Positions 31,162-45,154 of a DNA stretch of 64,000 nucleotides are shown here, piece after piece. This DNA comes from the human T2T-CHM13v2.0 reference genome, Homo sapiens. The notes beneath the pieces were generated by a model that did not search any database, had not been told where the DNA came from, and worked only from the letters and a program-made list of their open reading frames with translations. How positions within the stretch are numbered: the first letter of the stretch is position 1; the number at the start of each line of letters is the position of its first letter. The position numbers were made by a program, and so were the translations under genes. The stretch lies in the NCBI RefSeq assembly GCF_009914755.1, contig NC_060925.1. One strand, given 5' to 3'.

Positions 31162-34100
31162 CCAAACTCATCTTAATGAGTACAGGGCCTGTCAGATTAA
31201 AACCAACATTTTCAAGCTCCCTTTTAACTGGCAGCAGTCATGGGGACTGAGTCCTAGTCAATGAAATTGGACTGAATCCCATTCTTCTGACTCGTGATCG
31301 GAGCTCCAAAAGCCACCCTGAACCACAGCATGACCATGGGAATCAAATCTGTGCAGAGCAGAGCCACAAAATAGATGGAACTTATATCCTGACACCGGGG
31401 AGCACCAAAGCTCTGCCTACCTCCACACTTGAACGTTTAAGAGAAAACCAATTGTATCTTGTTAAAGCCACTGCACTGTTAGGCTCTGTGCTTTTTTTCA
31501 CCTGAACTAATCGTAAATCATACATCTGTTAAACACATCACTTTAGAACCTGTCATCTTCTGTCTCTTAATATCATCCACCAACTCTATTCACTCCATTT
31601 GGCCCCGGTTTTCCTTTTTCTTCCCTATTTTCCTGCTTTATTTTTGTCCTTTTTCCCTTAATTGAGCATTAGGCAAAACTCAAATATCCTGATGTATTAT
31701 CTACTGAACACATTTTAAAAATTAACATTTATTAAAAAGAATATGAAATACACAAATGTAGAGGGAATGAAATACTGAATCTTCATGTACCCATCACTCC
31801 ACCCCACCAATCATTAACCTATGATCAGCTTCTGCCCCACTCACACTATAGCCTCTTCCTCCCTCCTATATTATTTTGAATCAAATTTCAGACCTCATAT
31901 TGTTATTGAATCAAGTTTCAGACTTCTTTATTTAAGAAGCAGGCAAGTCAATCTTTTTTACTTTTTCCTTACATAAAGACAAATTCCTAACTCATGACTT
32001 CTTTTGCCTCATAAAAATCAATCTTTTCTTTCCCTATTTCTCCTCCTTTTCCCCCTTCCCCTCTTCCTCCTACCTCTTTTTTTTTCTCTTTCTCTTTCCC
32101 TTCCTACCTTCTTCCCTCCTTCCACTATAATTTTTAAAAAGGAAATCCAAGTCTAATTTTCCCAGTTTTACCTGTGGTTCCTTGATATACATCTGTCTTT
32201 CCATTTTCAATCACTTTTGCTAAAATGGCAGAGTTTACTCATGGATAGTCCCTTTATGAGTTTGGAGAAAAGGATATTTAAGTCACACAATCCTCAGCCC
32301 TCTTTTAGATAATAAAAACTGGCTACACTAGTAATACAGTGGGAAAATATAATGAATAAGAAGAATCCATTTATAGTAGTCACCAAAATTAAATATTGGA
32401 TACTATTTTAACTAGAAAAACTCAAAAACCCCAATGATACCAGTGACTTGTTTTTATAACATTGAGAAGGCATTGAGCTTTTATATTGGTGGATTTGGGC
32501 CATATGGATGGGTTCCCATAAAGCAAGCTGGAACTGTCTTGATACCATTCATGCATAGAAATCAAGCATGGCAGAGTGCAGCCGATATTTTGGAGGGAGT
32601 GCAGATTACTTGGACATGATGGAGGCAGATCTTTCCACACAAGGGTATGATCACAGAGCCAGTGGCAAATTCTCATAGATTTTATTTGCTTTTATTTTAT
32701 CATTATGAAAAATAAATTTACGATCTGTATACTGTAACAAAACAAAACAACTATGACTAGTTAACATCCCAGACTTTGTGTACTTTTGGAGGGCTACTGT
32801 GTTCCTGAGCATTTCCAAATTATTTCTCCCCTCGGAAATTGTGGGAGGTATATGCTACTCCTACTCTGTTACTTTAACCTACATCATAATATTGAACTTT
32901 ACACCGCTAAGGAAATGTGATAATTCTTGTATGCTCAGCTTGGTGAAAGAATTTGTAATTGTTTCATATTGTGTTTACTTGTCTAGACCAAAGGCTGTAG
33001 TCACTGGAAACATGGACTTGTTTTCATCTCTAACTCTCCACCTCTCCACACTCAGCCTGCAGAGCCCGGCCAACAATCAGTGAGTGTCTAAGAACATTTT
33101 GTGAAATGAGTATGCGAATGCAGAAACTCTTTAGACAGAACCAGTAGCACAGGTTCTTGGAGTTCAGATTTATTTAGGAAGTTGGCATTTAAGCCCTCTT
33201 TTGGTTGTTTTGGTGGTTCATGAAAGTACTTTTACCTTTCTCAGTTTTGATTTGATATTTTTTCTTATCACACTCCACTCCAGTATTAGGATCCTCACCT
33301 TTTTTTGACATAACACTTAACTCTCCTAATACACTTGAAATTGTGCATTCTCATTTCTATGCTCACGTGAGTTTTGACTTAAGATTTCAAACTCAGAGTT
33401 GAGTAAGTCTACATACTACTCATGAGAAAGTGAGTAGAACTGTTTCCCCCCAAAATGAAAAGAACTATCTTCTGGGTTATTGGTTTTAACTGAAGGTGAA
33501 AGGTTTTAAACCTTTTCCCCTTATGGTCTTGGGGAAGCAACTATTTAGAAAATTTGCTTGTAAAAATAATACTTGTAAAAATAATAATTGTTCTAGCAAA
33601 TCATACACCTTTGTGTGTGCAAGGGTGAGAAGGGAGAGAGAGAGATGGAGGTAGACAATGCTCTAACTGTAGACATTCATCCTACATTTAAATATTTTGA
33701 ATTTTCAGTAGCCTGTGAATACGAGGAAACTTATTACATTAAGGTAGACTTTAGAGATTTGACATGTAGCTGATATTTTCACAGTGCAAGAAATATCAAG
33801 CTGACATTATGCAGTCTCTGAGATGATTATTTCCAAATGTCAGAGTGCAGAAACTTATTCATGGGACTTCAGTGCCTTAGGATAGTGTCAATTTAAAAGA
33901 CATTCACATTGACTTCTTTTTTATTTAAACATGCTAAATGAGGTATGAAAAGCAGATTAAGAAATCAACTGAGAAAGGAAGAGCAAAGAAGAAACCTATT
34001 GACAAGAAAATTTTAAATAATAGATTGATGTACTCTTTAATCAATTTTCATGGACCTCTTGCTGACAGCAGGCTTTAGCAACTGCCTCCTAATCCTTCCT

Positions 34101-34175
34101 ACAGCTGTAATTTTGCTCTTCATGTTATTTCACTCATCTCACTTATAGTGAATTTGGAAAATTAAAAATAAGTAA

Positions 34176-34505
<330 letters not shown>

Positions 34506-35784
34506 TAGATTATTTTCAATAAATAAGTCAAAAACCAAATTGTTTGACTTTTCATAGTAACACTGGATTTCGAATTAAAATAACTTAGTAATATTTTAAA
34601 TTAAAAACGTATTCTTTTGTTCAATCTCTTTAGCAGTTAATTATGAACCTACTGAACTGCTGGAACGTCTGTTATTTTGGAAATAAAGGAGTTTTTTTTT
34701 TCTTCAAGCCAATTGGCCATATCAGAGATAACTGCATTTAAATAAGCCTTCATCTTCCCAATTATGTGCTCCTAATTACTCGGGGTCACTGAAATCCCAT
34801 GGCATCTTCTGAAAAGCATTTTCCCTGCAGTCCATCTTGTTAGGTTTCCTTTCTGTTCCGGGAAGCCAGTATCTTTTCCTTTATCAGATTCCTTTTTTAC
34901 CAACAGCGGGAATGGTAATGGTGAATGGATGCAGGGTTTTAAAATCAGCCAACTTTGTTCTGACTTCCGTAGGTCAGTGACTGGAGTCACTGCCTAACAA
35001 CCTAAATTCCCAGATTTATCTCATGAAATGTGATTTCTCATACAAACAAAAGTTGTGAGAACTCCATGAGCAAGACCAGCTGCTTGTGGGGACTGCCAAA
35101 TTTTAAACTGTTATTTGAACAGCAAAAAGACCAGGCAAACATCCGAGAGACAGACCTAACTGCAGATAAGTCTTGTAATCTTGTTCACTATAGTCAAAAC
35201 AGAATGGATTGCTTATTCTGTTACCCTATTGGTATTGCTCACATTTTAAAATTTAGGTGCTGGGCTCAAGAATGATAATTTTATTATTAAGCTTCAAGAG
35301 TCACATTGTATTGTATGCATTGAATATCACGAAATCGAAAACACTGAAAAGCTAGCGTTTACATTCTTGGATCATACCCCCAAAGGCCAAGGATTCCCAC
35401 TGGCCGCTTGCAGCAGGGCTGTCTCCTGTGAAGGCAAGAGACAAACGAGGAGCGTTATGACACTTTGCTCCCAGGACTTTGGCGCACAGTTCCCATGAGT
35501 CCAGGTCCGTCCAGTCAACATCCTGAAGCCAGGACTGGCAGGTCCTGACCCTCCCTTTTTGCACCCGTAAGGGGAAGGGCCCGGGAATCTGGACCTTGTC
35601 TAGAGTCCCGGCGCCAGTACCAGTTCGGAGGGCATCCTGGAGGTTGTTACTAACCCGAGCCTCTTCCAGGCTTCCCAGGCACCAGGGTTGCTAACAGCTC
35701 CACGGGGGCGAAGAATTTTGTTTATTTTGTTAACTGTGGTTATCTCCAACACTCAGTTCAGACCTGAGCCGGGCAAAGTCTCAC

Positions 35785-36080
35785 CTTGTCTCCTGGTCAC
35801 TTCCCTGCTTGTTTGTTTCTTCCTAACTCCCAAGTGTCTTTCGCCCAGTTCATCCCCACCTCAGCAGCCCAAGGCTCGGCGGGGACGGTCGGGGTTCGAA
35901 GCCTGCAGCTAAACTTAGAGGGTTCAGGCTTTGCTGGGAGGCCTCCCTGTGCTCAGAAGAGCCGGGGGTAAGCTGGGCGGTCGCCTTGGGTGCAGACAGA
36001 GGCGCAGGGCCTCGGCCTCCAAGAAAATTCCCAAACCGAGAGGCTGAGCTTCGCGTCTGTAGTTACTGAGCAGGAGCTTC
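35785..36080 (-). ncRNA. Putative first exon of a divergent lncRNA (RWDD3-DT-like); 5' end approximate
   Basis: Strong minus-strand donor AAG|GTGAGA (GT at 35784-35783) within the CpG island; a divergent transcript at this locus is recalled but not provable from sequence. Confidence 0.4.
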
Positions 36081-36315
36081 TGGGCGGAACTTCTAAGGGC
36101 CCCGCCCGCCCCGTCTGCCCTGGCCCTCGCCCCGACTCGCCTCGCCCACGTCCCGTTTCGCTTCGCCCCAGCTCCGTCTCGCCCCGCCCCCGTCCCGCCC
36201 GGTTGCGGAGGCGCGGGGCGCCCCCGGGTGGCCGCGGGCAGTGCTGCTCCTGGCCGGTGGAGGCGGCGGCTGCGGCAGCGGAAGGGGAAGCGCTGAGGCG
36301 GTGGGGCCCACAGCC

Positions 36316-36400
36316 ATGGCGGAGCCTGTGCAGGAGGAGCTCTCGGTCCTGGCCGCGATTTTCTGCAGGCCCCACGAGTGGGAGGTGCTGAGCCGCTCAG
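36316..36400 (+). CDS. RWDD3: RWDD3 coding exon 1 ([28 protein letters not shown], phase-1 end)
   Basis: Kozak GCCATGG at 36313-36319 inside the CpG island; donor CAG|GTGACT at 36400/36401; 85 nt joins exon 2 in frame (G|AG=Glu29); peptide recognised as the RWDD3/RSUME N-terminus. Confidence 0.97.
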
Positions 36401-36982
36401 GTGACTACCCGCGCGCGGGAGGGACAGGGCGCCCTCAGGGGCCACCCGCGTTCGCTTTGCGTCTCCTCCCCACCACGGAGCCTGGGCACCCCGCCTGGGC
36501 CCACGTATGGGGACCGGGTTAGTTGAATGATGGAATGACACGCCCGGAGGCCGGAGTGGTGTCGCAGCGGGCGGGAGTGTGAGGCGACCCCAGAAACACT
36601 AAGAGAGCGGCGCGGCCCACTGGGGCCTCTGCCGCCGGTCCCGCTCCCGGAGCCGGGGGCCCCTGCGTGCGCACCCCCAGGCCCTCCCCCAGCCTCCCAC
36701 CCCTCAGATCTCACCCTATAAAGAAGCCTGTGCTGACGCCCCCTCGTTGTTCTGTGTCCTTCCTAAGCACTATGCCCTAGGCCCCCCCGAGAGCACTCCC
36801 CGGTTCTAACTCTACACGGGTATTTGTAGGTCTTAAGTTGCAGGAGGGCAGGGTCTGTTTGGTAATGACTCCAGGCACCTGGTAGGTAGTAGGTAAATGT
36901 TTGTTGACTGAACTTTTTCATTTATCCAGTGCTCAACCTCAACTTTATCTGCATTCTATTTCCAAGTTGATTGCTTTTCTGA

Positions 36983-37748
<766 letters not shown>

Positions 37749-38135
37749 TTCTGATACTTTTTTTTAAACAAGCTCTTGAGGGCTTTATTAGTCATTTAGC
37801 CCACATTTATTGAATCCCTGCTGCCTACAGACTTTGTCAGGGTTTCAGAGACACCGCTACCCATGGCCTCTAGGAGCTTACAGTGTAGAGAGGTTCTTTT
37901 GACTATTTTTTGATGATAGGTGAAACTTACTGTCCCTGTATGTGGCTTCTATTGAATAAAAAAAAAAAGAAAAAACACTGCCATGTATGAGAAAGTGACT
38001 CAGTTTTCACTTAGCTTTCAGATACATTATGTACATGTTTGGGGCATGAGATTTATCGTTCTAATGTTATATTGTAGCTACCATTAAAATTGGCTTTCTG
38101 ACCATAAATTGGTTAACCTTTAAGAAGGTAGTCTA

Positions 38136-38439
38136 GGCCTGGCGCGTGGCTCATGCCTGTAATCCCAGCACTTTGGGAGGCCGAGGCGGGCAGATCACCT
38201 GAGGTCAGGAGTTCAAGACCAGCCTGGCCAACATGGCGAAACCCCATCTCTACTAAAAATACAAAAATTAGCTGGGCATGGTGGCACACGCCTGTGATCC
38301 TTGCTACTCGGGAGGCTGAGGCAGGAGAATCACTTGAACCCGGGAGGCGGAGGTTGCAGTGAGCCAAGATCTCACCATTCATTGCACTGCAGCCTGGGTA
38401 ACAAGAGTGAAACTCTGTCTCAGAAAAAAAAAAAAAAAA
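38136..38439 (+). mobile_element. Alu (AluSq/Sx-like)
   Basis: Alu body; GTAGTCTA flanking repeat. Confidence 0.93.
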
Positions 38440-41400
38440 GTAGTCTAAAAATGGGCTGGATGTTGTGAGAAAACCATTTAAGATTAAGATCCTTCATGAT
38501 ATCCATTGGGTGTGTTATTCACTGAAGGACAGGGAGTTGACTTCCATTTATTCCTTCTTGCATTCATCCACTCACATCCACTCATTGGGCACTGTTATGT
38601 TCCAGGCACTATGCACCTATTAGTGTAATGGAGTTGCTTTCTTTTTAGTGCCCAGCCTGACTTGTATCTTTTGAAACAATTGTTTAAAATCCATATGAAG
38701 GGGTTTACTCACTTTTAGTGTTTTCTTGTCATCCCTCTTCTGATTGGATAATTCTTCACCATCTCCCTCTCTGTCTCCACTGTTCTCTTTATTGATAATT
38801 ACTTCTGCCTGAGGCAGCTATTTGAAGAGATCATCAGTTTTCCTAAATTCCTTTATTATGGCTCAGTTGGGAATATCCTGGAAAAATGAACCTGCAATTT
38901 CCCATCACACCTTAAAGAACTGGTAATGGTCTGGGTCATTAGTACACAGCTGAGCATAAAACACTGCTGAAGGGTCAGAGAAAACCCAAAAATGTAAGCA
39001 TAGAAAGAAAACAGTTTCTTAATCTTGAGAACACTGTGAACCCTTTATCTGCTGTTAAATTGAGCATGACTTTCAAGCCATGCCTCCTAATTAGTTTAAT
39101 TCCATGTTCTGGCATCAATAAGTAATTGAATTATAAAAGAATTCAGTGTAACAACTTAGGACATTTTGTTGCTGAGAGGTAGAATAATTCAGTGATTGAA
39201 ATGGGGATGTTTGATGTTCACAAGTGGGAATTAAGGGGGTAAGGTAAAGGCCTTTTTTTTTTTTCCCATGATTTTCGTAACATCTTTTTACAAAGTAAGG
39301 ACTTCTTTAACAGACCACAGTAAACATGCAGCAGACTGCTGGCTACCACTCACCATCACTGTCAGTTTGGGTTGGAGGATACACACTTGATACCAGAACA
39401 CTCTAAACACTAGTTCTTTTCTGGCCTCCCCCAAATAAGGTTCTCCCTTTTGCCACTGGAATCAGGAGAATGTTGCAGAGGAATTGCATTCCTGGTAACA
39501 AGATAACCCAGCAAGACTCAGACTGCTAACCCAAGGATCAACTATTAAGGCCGTAAGATTGAAGAAGCTAAATAATTGGATTCCATTTAGCTGGACTAAT
39601 TTTATGCTGAGAATTTCAGGGGATTTTATCTGCCTTTTGATCTCTTTACAATGGTTATAGTAAGCTTCTAGTAAGAGGCATAACCATCTCTTAGGGGTGC
39701 AAATTAAGTAAGTCCCTACACTCCCATCTACAAGGGAGGGCTGTGGATAGACCACATTAGGGATATTCTGTTTTTCTGTATGCATTGTAGTCAGTCCAGG
39801 TGCCAGATTTGATGGGGTGACCTGCCATGTACGTGATACTTGAAATGCATCTTACTTGATGAGGGGTACTATTGGTCTTACTTCACAGAGAAGATAACTG
39901 ATACTCAGACTGGTTAAATAACCACCAGGCTCCAGGTGTATGGGCCTTTGCACTGCATCATGCTCCTTAATAGAGAGATGGGGCTGTTGCATCAGGAAAA
40001 TAGTTCTTGGAAAGCAAGGAAATACTTGTGCAGAAAGAGCGATAATGAGCACCCAGAGAAAAGATATGAGTGTGAGCCAACTTATGTTCAGAACAATCCC
40101 AAAGGGGAGTGTTTGTGCATGTATGTGTGGATGTATGAGAGGCGTGAGATTGGTATTGTATCACCATTTTCCTGATGAGGAAATTGAGTGACACAGATTA
40201 TGTGGCCATAGTCAATGTTCGTTATATGTGGGAGTTGTGCTTCTGGAAAGAATCTTACAGATAAGAAAGTTGTAAGATGGGAGAACCCAATATCATGTAA
40301 TAGGTTTTCACAGAAGCTGCAGAGTGAATTTTTGTATTTTAGCAACACTAATGTTCAAATTAGTTTGGGCCTTCTTATAAAATGAATCATGACTGTCACA
40401 CATTGACCCCTCTAAATCTGCTCAGCTCGGTTTTATGCTGATTGTCAGTATTGAGCTGACTTCTATAAAACCGATGAGATTGCTACTTTTAGCTTCATTT
40501 ATTTTTAGTTTTTTTTTTTTTCTTCTGAAGCTACATTGAAACTTATGTAAAAATCCAACTGAAGCATAAAACAAGCACTGGTGTATGCTTGCCTGGGAGC
40601 TGCCTGGGAGCAAGAGGAGACAGTCTTGTCTTACCAAGTATGAGAGGGTGCTGAAGGTTTCTTGGTGGTTTTCTTCAAAGTTGTATGTTGAGGATATATA
40701 ACAATTGCAAAGAAAAAAAAACACAAGTGTAGGGAAGGTCAGATGTATATGGTATGTAAACAATTTCTTAATGGGCTCTTAGTGAATCCTGAAAAACCCA
40801 TTCTCTTAAATTTTACCTTTTTTTAAAAATGTCTTCTGTTATTTGACTGCATTTATAGAGTTTCTGTTGTGTGTTGTATTTTATTAAGTAGAATGAAACC
40901 TTAAAAATAGCATTAGTGTGAATTTGGAGTTCTAAAAGTTTAAGTTTCTCTAGTTTGAATTTCTGTTTGGAATGTGTTTAGGAGCTTACTTTCTGATGTT
41001 TGTAAGGAAGCATAAGGTTTGAAACCTGTTTCAGTTTGTGTTTTAGGTATGAAAATGATACACTTACTATAAGACAGAATGATTTGGTTAGAAACAACAA
41101 GTAGTCAATTTGTATCAACTTGAACAAGAGGGCAAGACCCTTTTGGTAGGGTCTTTAGAATACATGAAAACACCCTTGGACTTATGGAGATTTTAGTTTT
41201 CTGGGGCAAGCCTTAAGTTTTCTAGGGCATAGATGTTTGTTGAGAATGATCAGTTTGTGAATTAAGCTTATTAACTAAGGTTCTGGGGGGCTAAGGAGGG
41301 GCAGAGATTAGTATTAGATTTAGAGCATAATTATTTTTCTGCTAATCACTGTTTCTAAGCTGTTAATAACCTTAAAGCAGATAGGGGCAACTTTGTTTTC

Positions 41401-41869
41401 TTTTTTATTATGGCAAAAAAAGAAAACAAAAAATCAGACTTACAGTGCATGTGTCATATGAAAAATTCTGAGGCAGAAAGGAGCCAGTTTAATTGCTTGT
41501 ACAATGTCAAGCAGATGAGATATGGAAGAGTACAATACATACTTCTAGAGTTTTTGGGAGAAAATGAGTTTTTAAAAGTATGTAATTTTGTTGCCACATT
41601 AAATACCAGAAGAATGGAGTATGTTATTGGGCTTTTCAGTTTCTTGTAGAGATGACAGTATCATTTTGTATAATCTTATTTTGCAGCTACAGTGTATGTG
41701 TGGGTGGGCAGGGGGATTTACCAAGACCAATTAGGAAGAATGCTAATCCTTTCCAATTCTTAAAAGAACTAAGGCAGTTTTCTTCCGAACATATAACTAG
41801 TATGACGGTCACAGTTTTCTAAGGTGAAAGTCAGGAGTTTCACCCATTGCTATTCTGTTTGCTGACTAG

Positions 41870-42002
41870 GACCAGAAAATAACACAGAGAAAAATGAAAA
41901 TTGGTAAGGACTGACATGGCTGGCTCAGTAGCTTTTCAAGACTTTCCCCCTGGACTACCAACATGTTTCTTTCCTGTGGTTCCCTGCACCAGAGAGGACC
42001 CG
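41870..42002 (+). other. RWDD3: Candidate alternative (cassette) exon in RWDD3 intron 1; carries ATG 41963 giving the N-terminus MFLSCGSLHQRGP in frame with exon 2
   Basis: Acceptor tattctgtttgctgactag|G, donor CCG|GTAGGT; ATG-to-donor is 40 nt (phase 1, same as exon 1), predicting 252 aa. Confidence 0.6.
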
Positions 42003-42084
42003 GTAGGTGTTTATATGGCACAGGTTGGAGAACACTGTGGGTCTCAGGGTTTTGATCAGAAAAGGATTCTTCAAAGTTTGCAGC

Positions 42085-42321
42085 ATAGCATCTTGCTTCA
42101 GTGCGGATACATTGCCTTCTTTTGTAGTAAAATCTCTGTCTCCTCCTTATAAGGACCCTTGTGATTACATTCAGGGCTCACCTGGGTAATCCAGGATAAT
42201 ACTCCCCTCTCGAAATCGTTAACTTAATCATGTCTGCAGAGGCTCTCTTGCCATGTGAGGGAGCGTATTCACAGCTTCTGGGAAACAGAATGTACACATC
42301 TTTGGGCCCATTATTTACCAC
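42085..42321. mobile_element. MLT1-family LTR fragment
   Basis: CTTATAAGGACCCTTGTGATTACATT...CTTGCCATGTGAGG...ACATCTTTGGG. Confidence 0.7.
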
Positions 42322-42981
42322 AGGTACCAGGGATTTCTGCACCTGTGAGATCCGTGATTACAAGCTACTAGCACAATTCCAAGAGCTGTATGACTGTACA
42401 ATTTAAAAGTTTTTTGTATCCCCCCATTTTGGTTGTTGTTTAAAAAGAAAATCAAGATATTTCAGTGCTGGAAAAAATGTTAATTTAGTTTAACCACAAT
42501 AATTCTGGGCATGAAAATACCATAAAATAAGTTTGAAATACCATGGAAGTCATTAGGTGGGACTTAGGGAGGAACTGTGGAACTGGACAAAATTTTAGTA
42601 GACAGAAAGTTAAGGGCCTTCTTGGAGATAATGGGAGCAAGAGGCAGAGATGGGACACCCAAGACTGAGGACATGGTATAAAATGGGTAGTTGAAGCAAA
42701 AAGTGAGGAGAGAGGAAGTCAGAGTGGTAGGCTGGCCCTAGGCGTTGCATGGAGGAATTTGTAATTCATTTCATTCTGGGAGAGTGGTATTGGGATAATT
42801 TGGTGTGGGGAGAGGCAGGCGGCGAGGAGACCACTATTGCAGAAGCCAGAGAAAGGCCTGAATTAGGAGGGTGGAAGGGAGAGAAATTCTGGAGGACTTG
42901 TGGGATTTGGCAGTTGAATGCTAAGTATGAAAGAAGGAGGGAAAAAAAAAAGTTGAAGGCAGCTTTAAGATTTTATGCCTA

Positions 42982-43170
42982 GGCTAGGTGTGGTGGCTTA
43001 CACCTGTAATCCCAGCACTTTGGGAGGCTGAGGCGGGTGGATCACCTGAGGTCAAGAGTTTGAGACCAGCCTGAACACTGCAGTGAGCCATGATCACCCT
43101 GCTGCACTCTAGCATGGGTGACAGAGTGAGACTCAATCTCAAAAAGCAAACAAAAACAAAAAACAAGCAC
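42982..43170 (+). mobile_element. Internally deleted Alu
   Basis: Left arm up to ACCAGCCTG fused to CTGCAGTGAGCC of the right arm; A-rich tail. Confidence 0.85.
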
Positions 43171-43297
43171 AAGACCAGTGATAGAGTTTCCTGTGGAAGG
43201 GAGGAAGACACTTCTTTCTCAGATAAAACAGTGAAAAAGAGCAAGATGATTAAAAAAAAAAGTATAATCAAGTGGCCCAGCAGTTCCTAGGCAGCAA

Positions 43298-44274
43298 TGA
43301 CAACTGCAGTTCCTTGGTCACTAACACACTTCCATGGATTCAGCCAGTAAGGAGACAGTGAACCCAGATGGATTTGGACAGTTACTGCTTAATGCACAGC
43401 AGGCAGCATTAGCTTCATGTTCACATTGATTCTCCTTGTCCCCCAAGTTCAATGGGGTGATGTAGAGGTAGGCTGAGGTGCATACAATGCACTCAGTGGG
43501 TCTTTGTTATAGCTGAGGGGCAGTGAGCTTAGGAACCCTCCGGTATTATGAGGGAGCTGCTAGTGATCCTGCTCAATCTTTGTCCTGAAGGAATATGTTA
43601 CCTTATATTGCTTAGGAAACAAATCTGCCCCCTGACCTGGAGGGATAAACTCTAGCTTCCAAGGCTGTCGGTTATGCAAAAGTCCTTGAACAAAGATATT
43701 AATGCCCTTTGCTCAGAAGGCATTCAGAAATGCCAGATTGTGGGCATCCGACCTGCAGACACTGACCTAGTGATGGATGAGAGACGTACACTGACACAGA
43801 CATTTTGCTTGTCAGTGTGGCTAAAGGGGTTCTGCTCCTGAATCTGCAGTGTAGGCCATGATAAGCCGGTGAAGTTCACATTTATTTAGTACAGATTAAA
43901 TGACAAGGGTCATGAGTAAACACCACTAGAAGGTAATTAACATTGCCACCCCTCCCCACCCCCCCCAGGGGAGAGCAGTCATGCACCCACAGATAATCAA
44001 AGGTTGCTCTTAGGACCACATGAGTAAACAAGCTATTTAGGTAAACTCTCCCACATTCCCTTGTTATTTGCTCTTTTGCTATCAACTCGAGGTAAAGAGG
44101 ATTTGGCTGCTTTCAGCCAAATCTTTTACTGAAGCTATGCACCACCACCCCCCAGCCTTCTAAGAAGGTTTGTGACTATTTCCTATAACTATCTTTACAA
44201 TTTTTCCTCTGCAGTTTTTCCCACCACCCTGACTGAACTCCCACACCAGATCCCTGGAGAATTATCTACCAACA
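43298..44274 (-). mobile_element. LTR40-like (ERVL) LTR interrupted by the LTR22
   Basis: Minus-strand start TGTTGGTAGATAATTCTCCAGGGATC resembles the recalled LTR40 5' end; continues across the TSD. Confidence 0.6.
43739..44245 (-). mobile_element. LTR22-like solo LTR (HERV-K22/HML-5, ERVK)
   Basis: TG...CA termini; minus-strand start TGTGGGAGTTCAGTCAGGGTGGTGGGAAAAA; perfect 6-bp TSD CCAGAT (43733-43738, 44246-44251). Confidence 0.8.
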
Positions 44275-44713
44275 CAGACATTTATGTTTATATAAATTAT
44301 ATGTACATGTATATGTACGCATATTTATGAATAAAGAAATGTTTAGGTGTAGAAGAGAAGTCAAGGAAGATCACTTGGGATATATCCCTGCTCTCGTGTT
44401 CTGAAACACTGGATTGAGTCAATATGATGGGATCTGTGTCTTACCTGTCATTTTCCCTCAGAGACTAGTACAGTGCCTTGAGCTTAGTAGGTGTTCAGTG
44501 AATGCTTGTTCAATGATGAATGATTGAAGATCTTTAAAAGTTCTCCTCCTTCTTGAAGAGAGAATGTCAACTCCCTAGATGATTATTAGAAAGTTTATTC
44601 AGCCTAAATGGTTGTGTGTTGTCTGCAGTTCTATTTGTAATGTCTGTTTTACATATTGAAATGTACTATTTTAACATAGGCAGCCTACTTTAACAATAAA
44701 GTATTTTTTTTTA

Positions 44714-45154
<441 letters not shown>

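Larger units (their letters stand above)
35560..36760. promoter_or_regulatory. CpG island / TATA-less, probably bidirectional promoter of RWDD3
   Basis: Very high GC and CpG density against a CpG-depleted background; multiple CCGCCC GC boxes at 36100-36200; CGGAA ETS-like cores; spans exon 1. Confidence 0.92.

Noticed and set aside
31180-31460. Possible intergenic exon of a TLCD4-RWDD3 readthrough
   Set aside because: Candidate AG sites have weak pyrimidine tracts and no clear donor could be assigned; not supportable without transcript data
36086-36094. Heat-shock element GGAACTTCT
   Set aside because: GAA and TTC are 1 nt apart; the canonical nGAAnnTTCn needs 2
35924-36714. Long overlapping ORFs in the CpG island (205, 140, 133 and 105 aa)
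   Set aside because: Low-complexity Pro/Arg/Gly/Ala frames expected from stop-poor GC-rich DNA; mostly non-ATG starts; no recognisable domain
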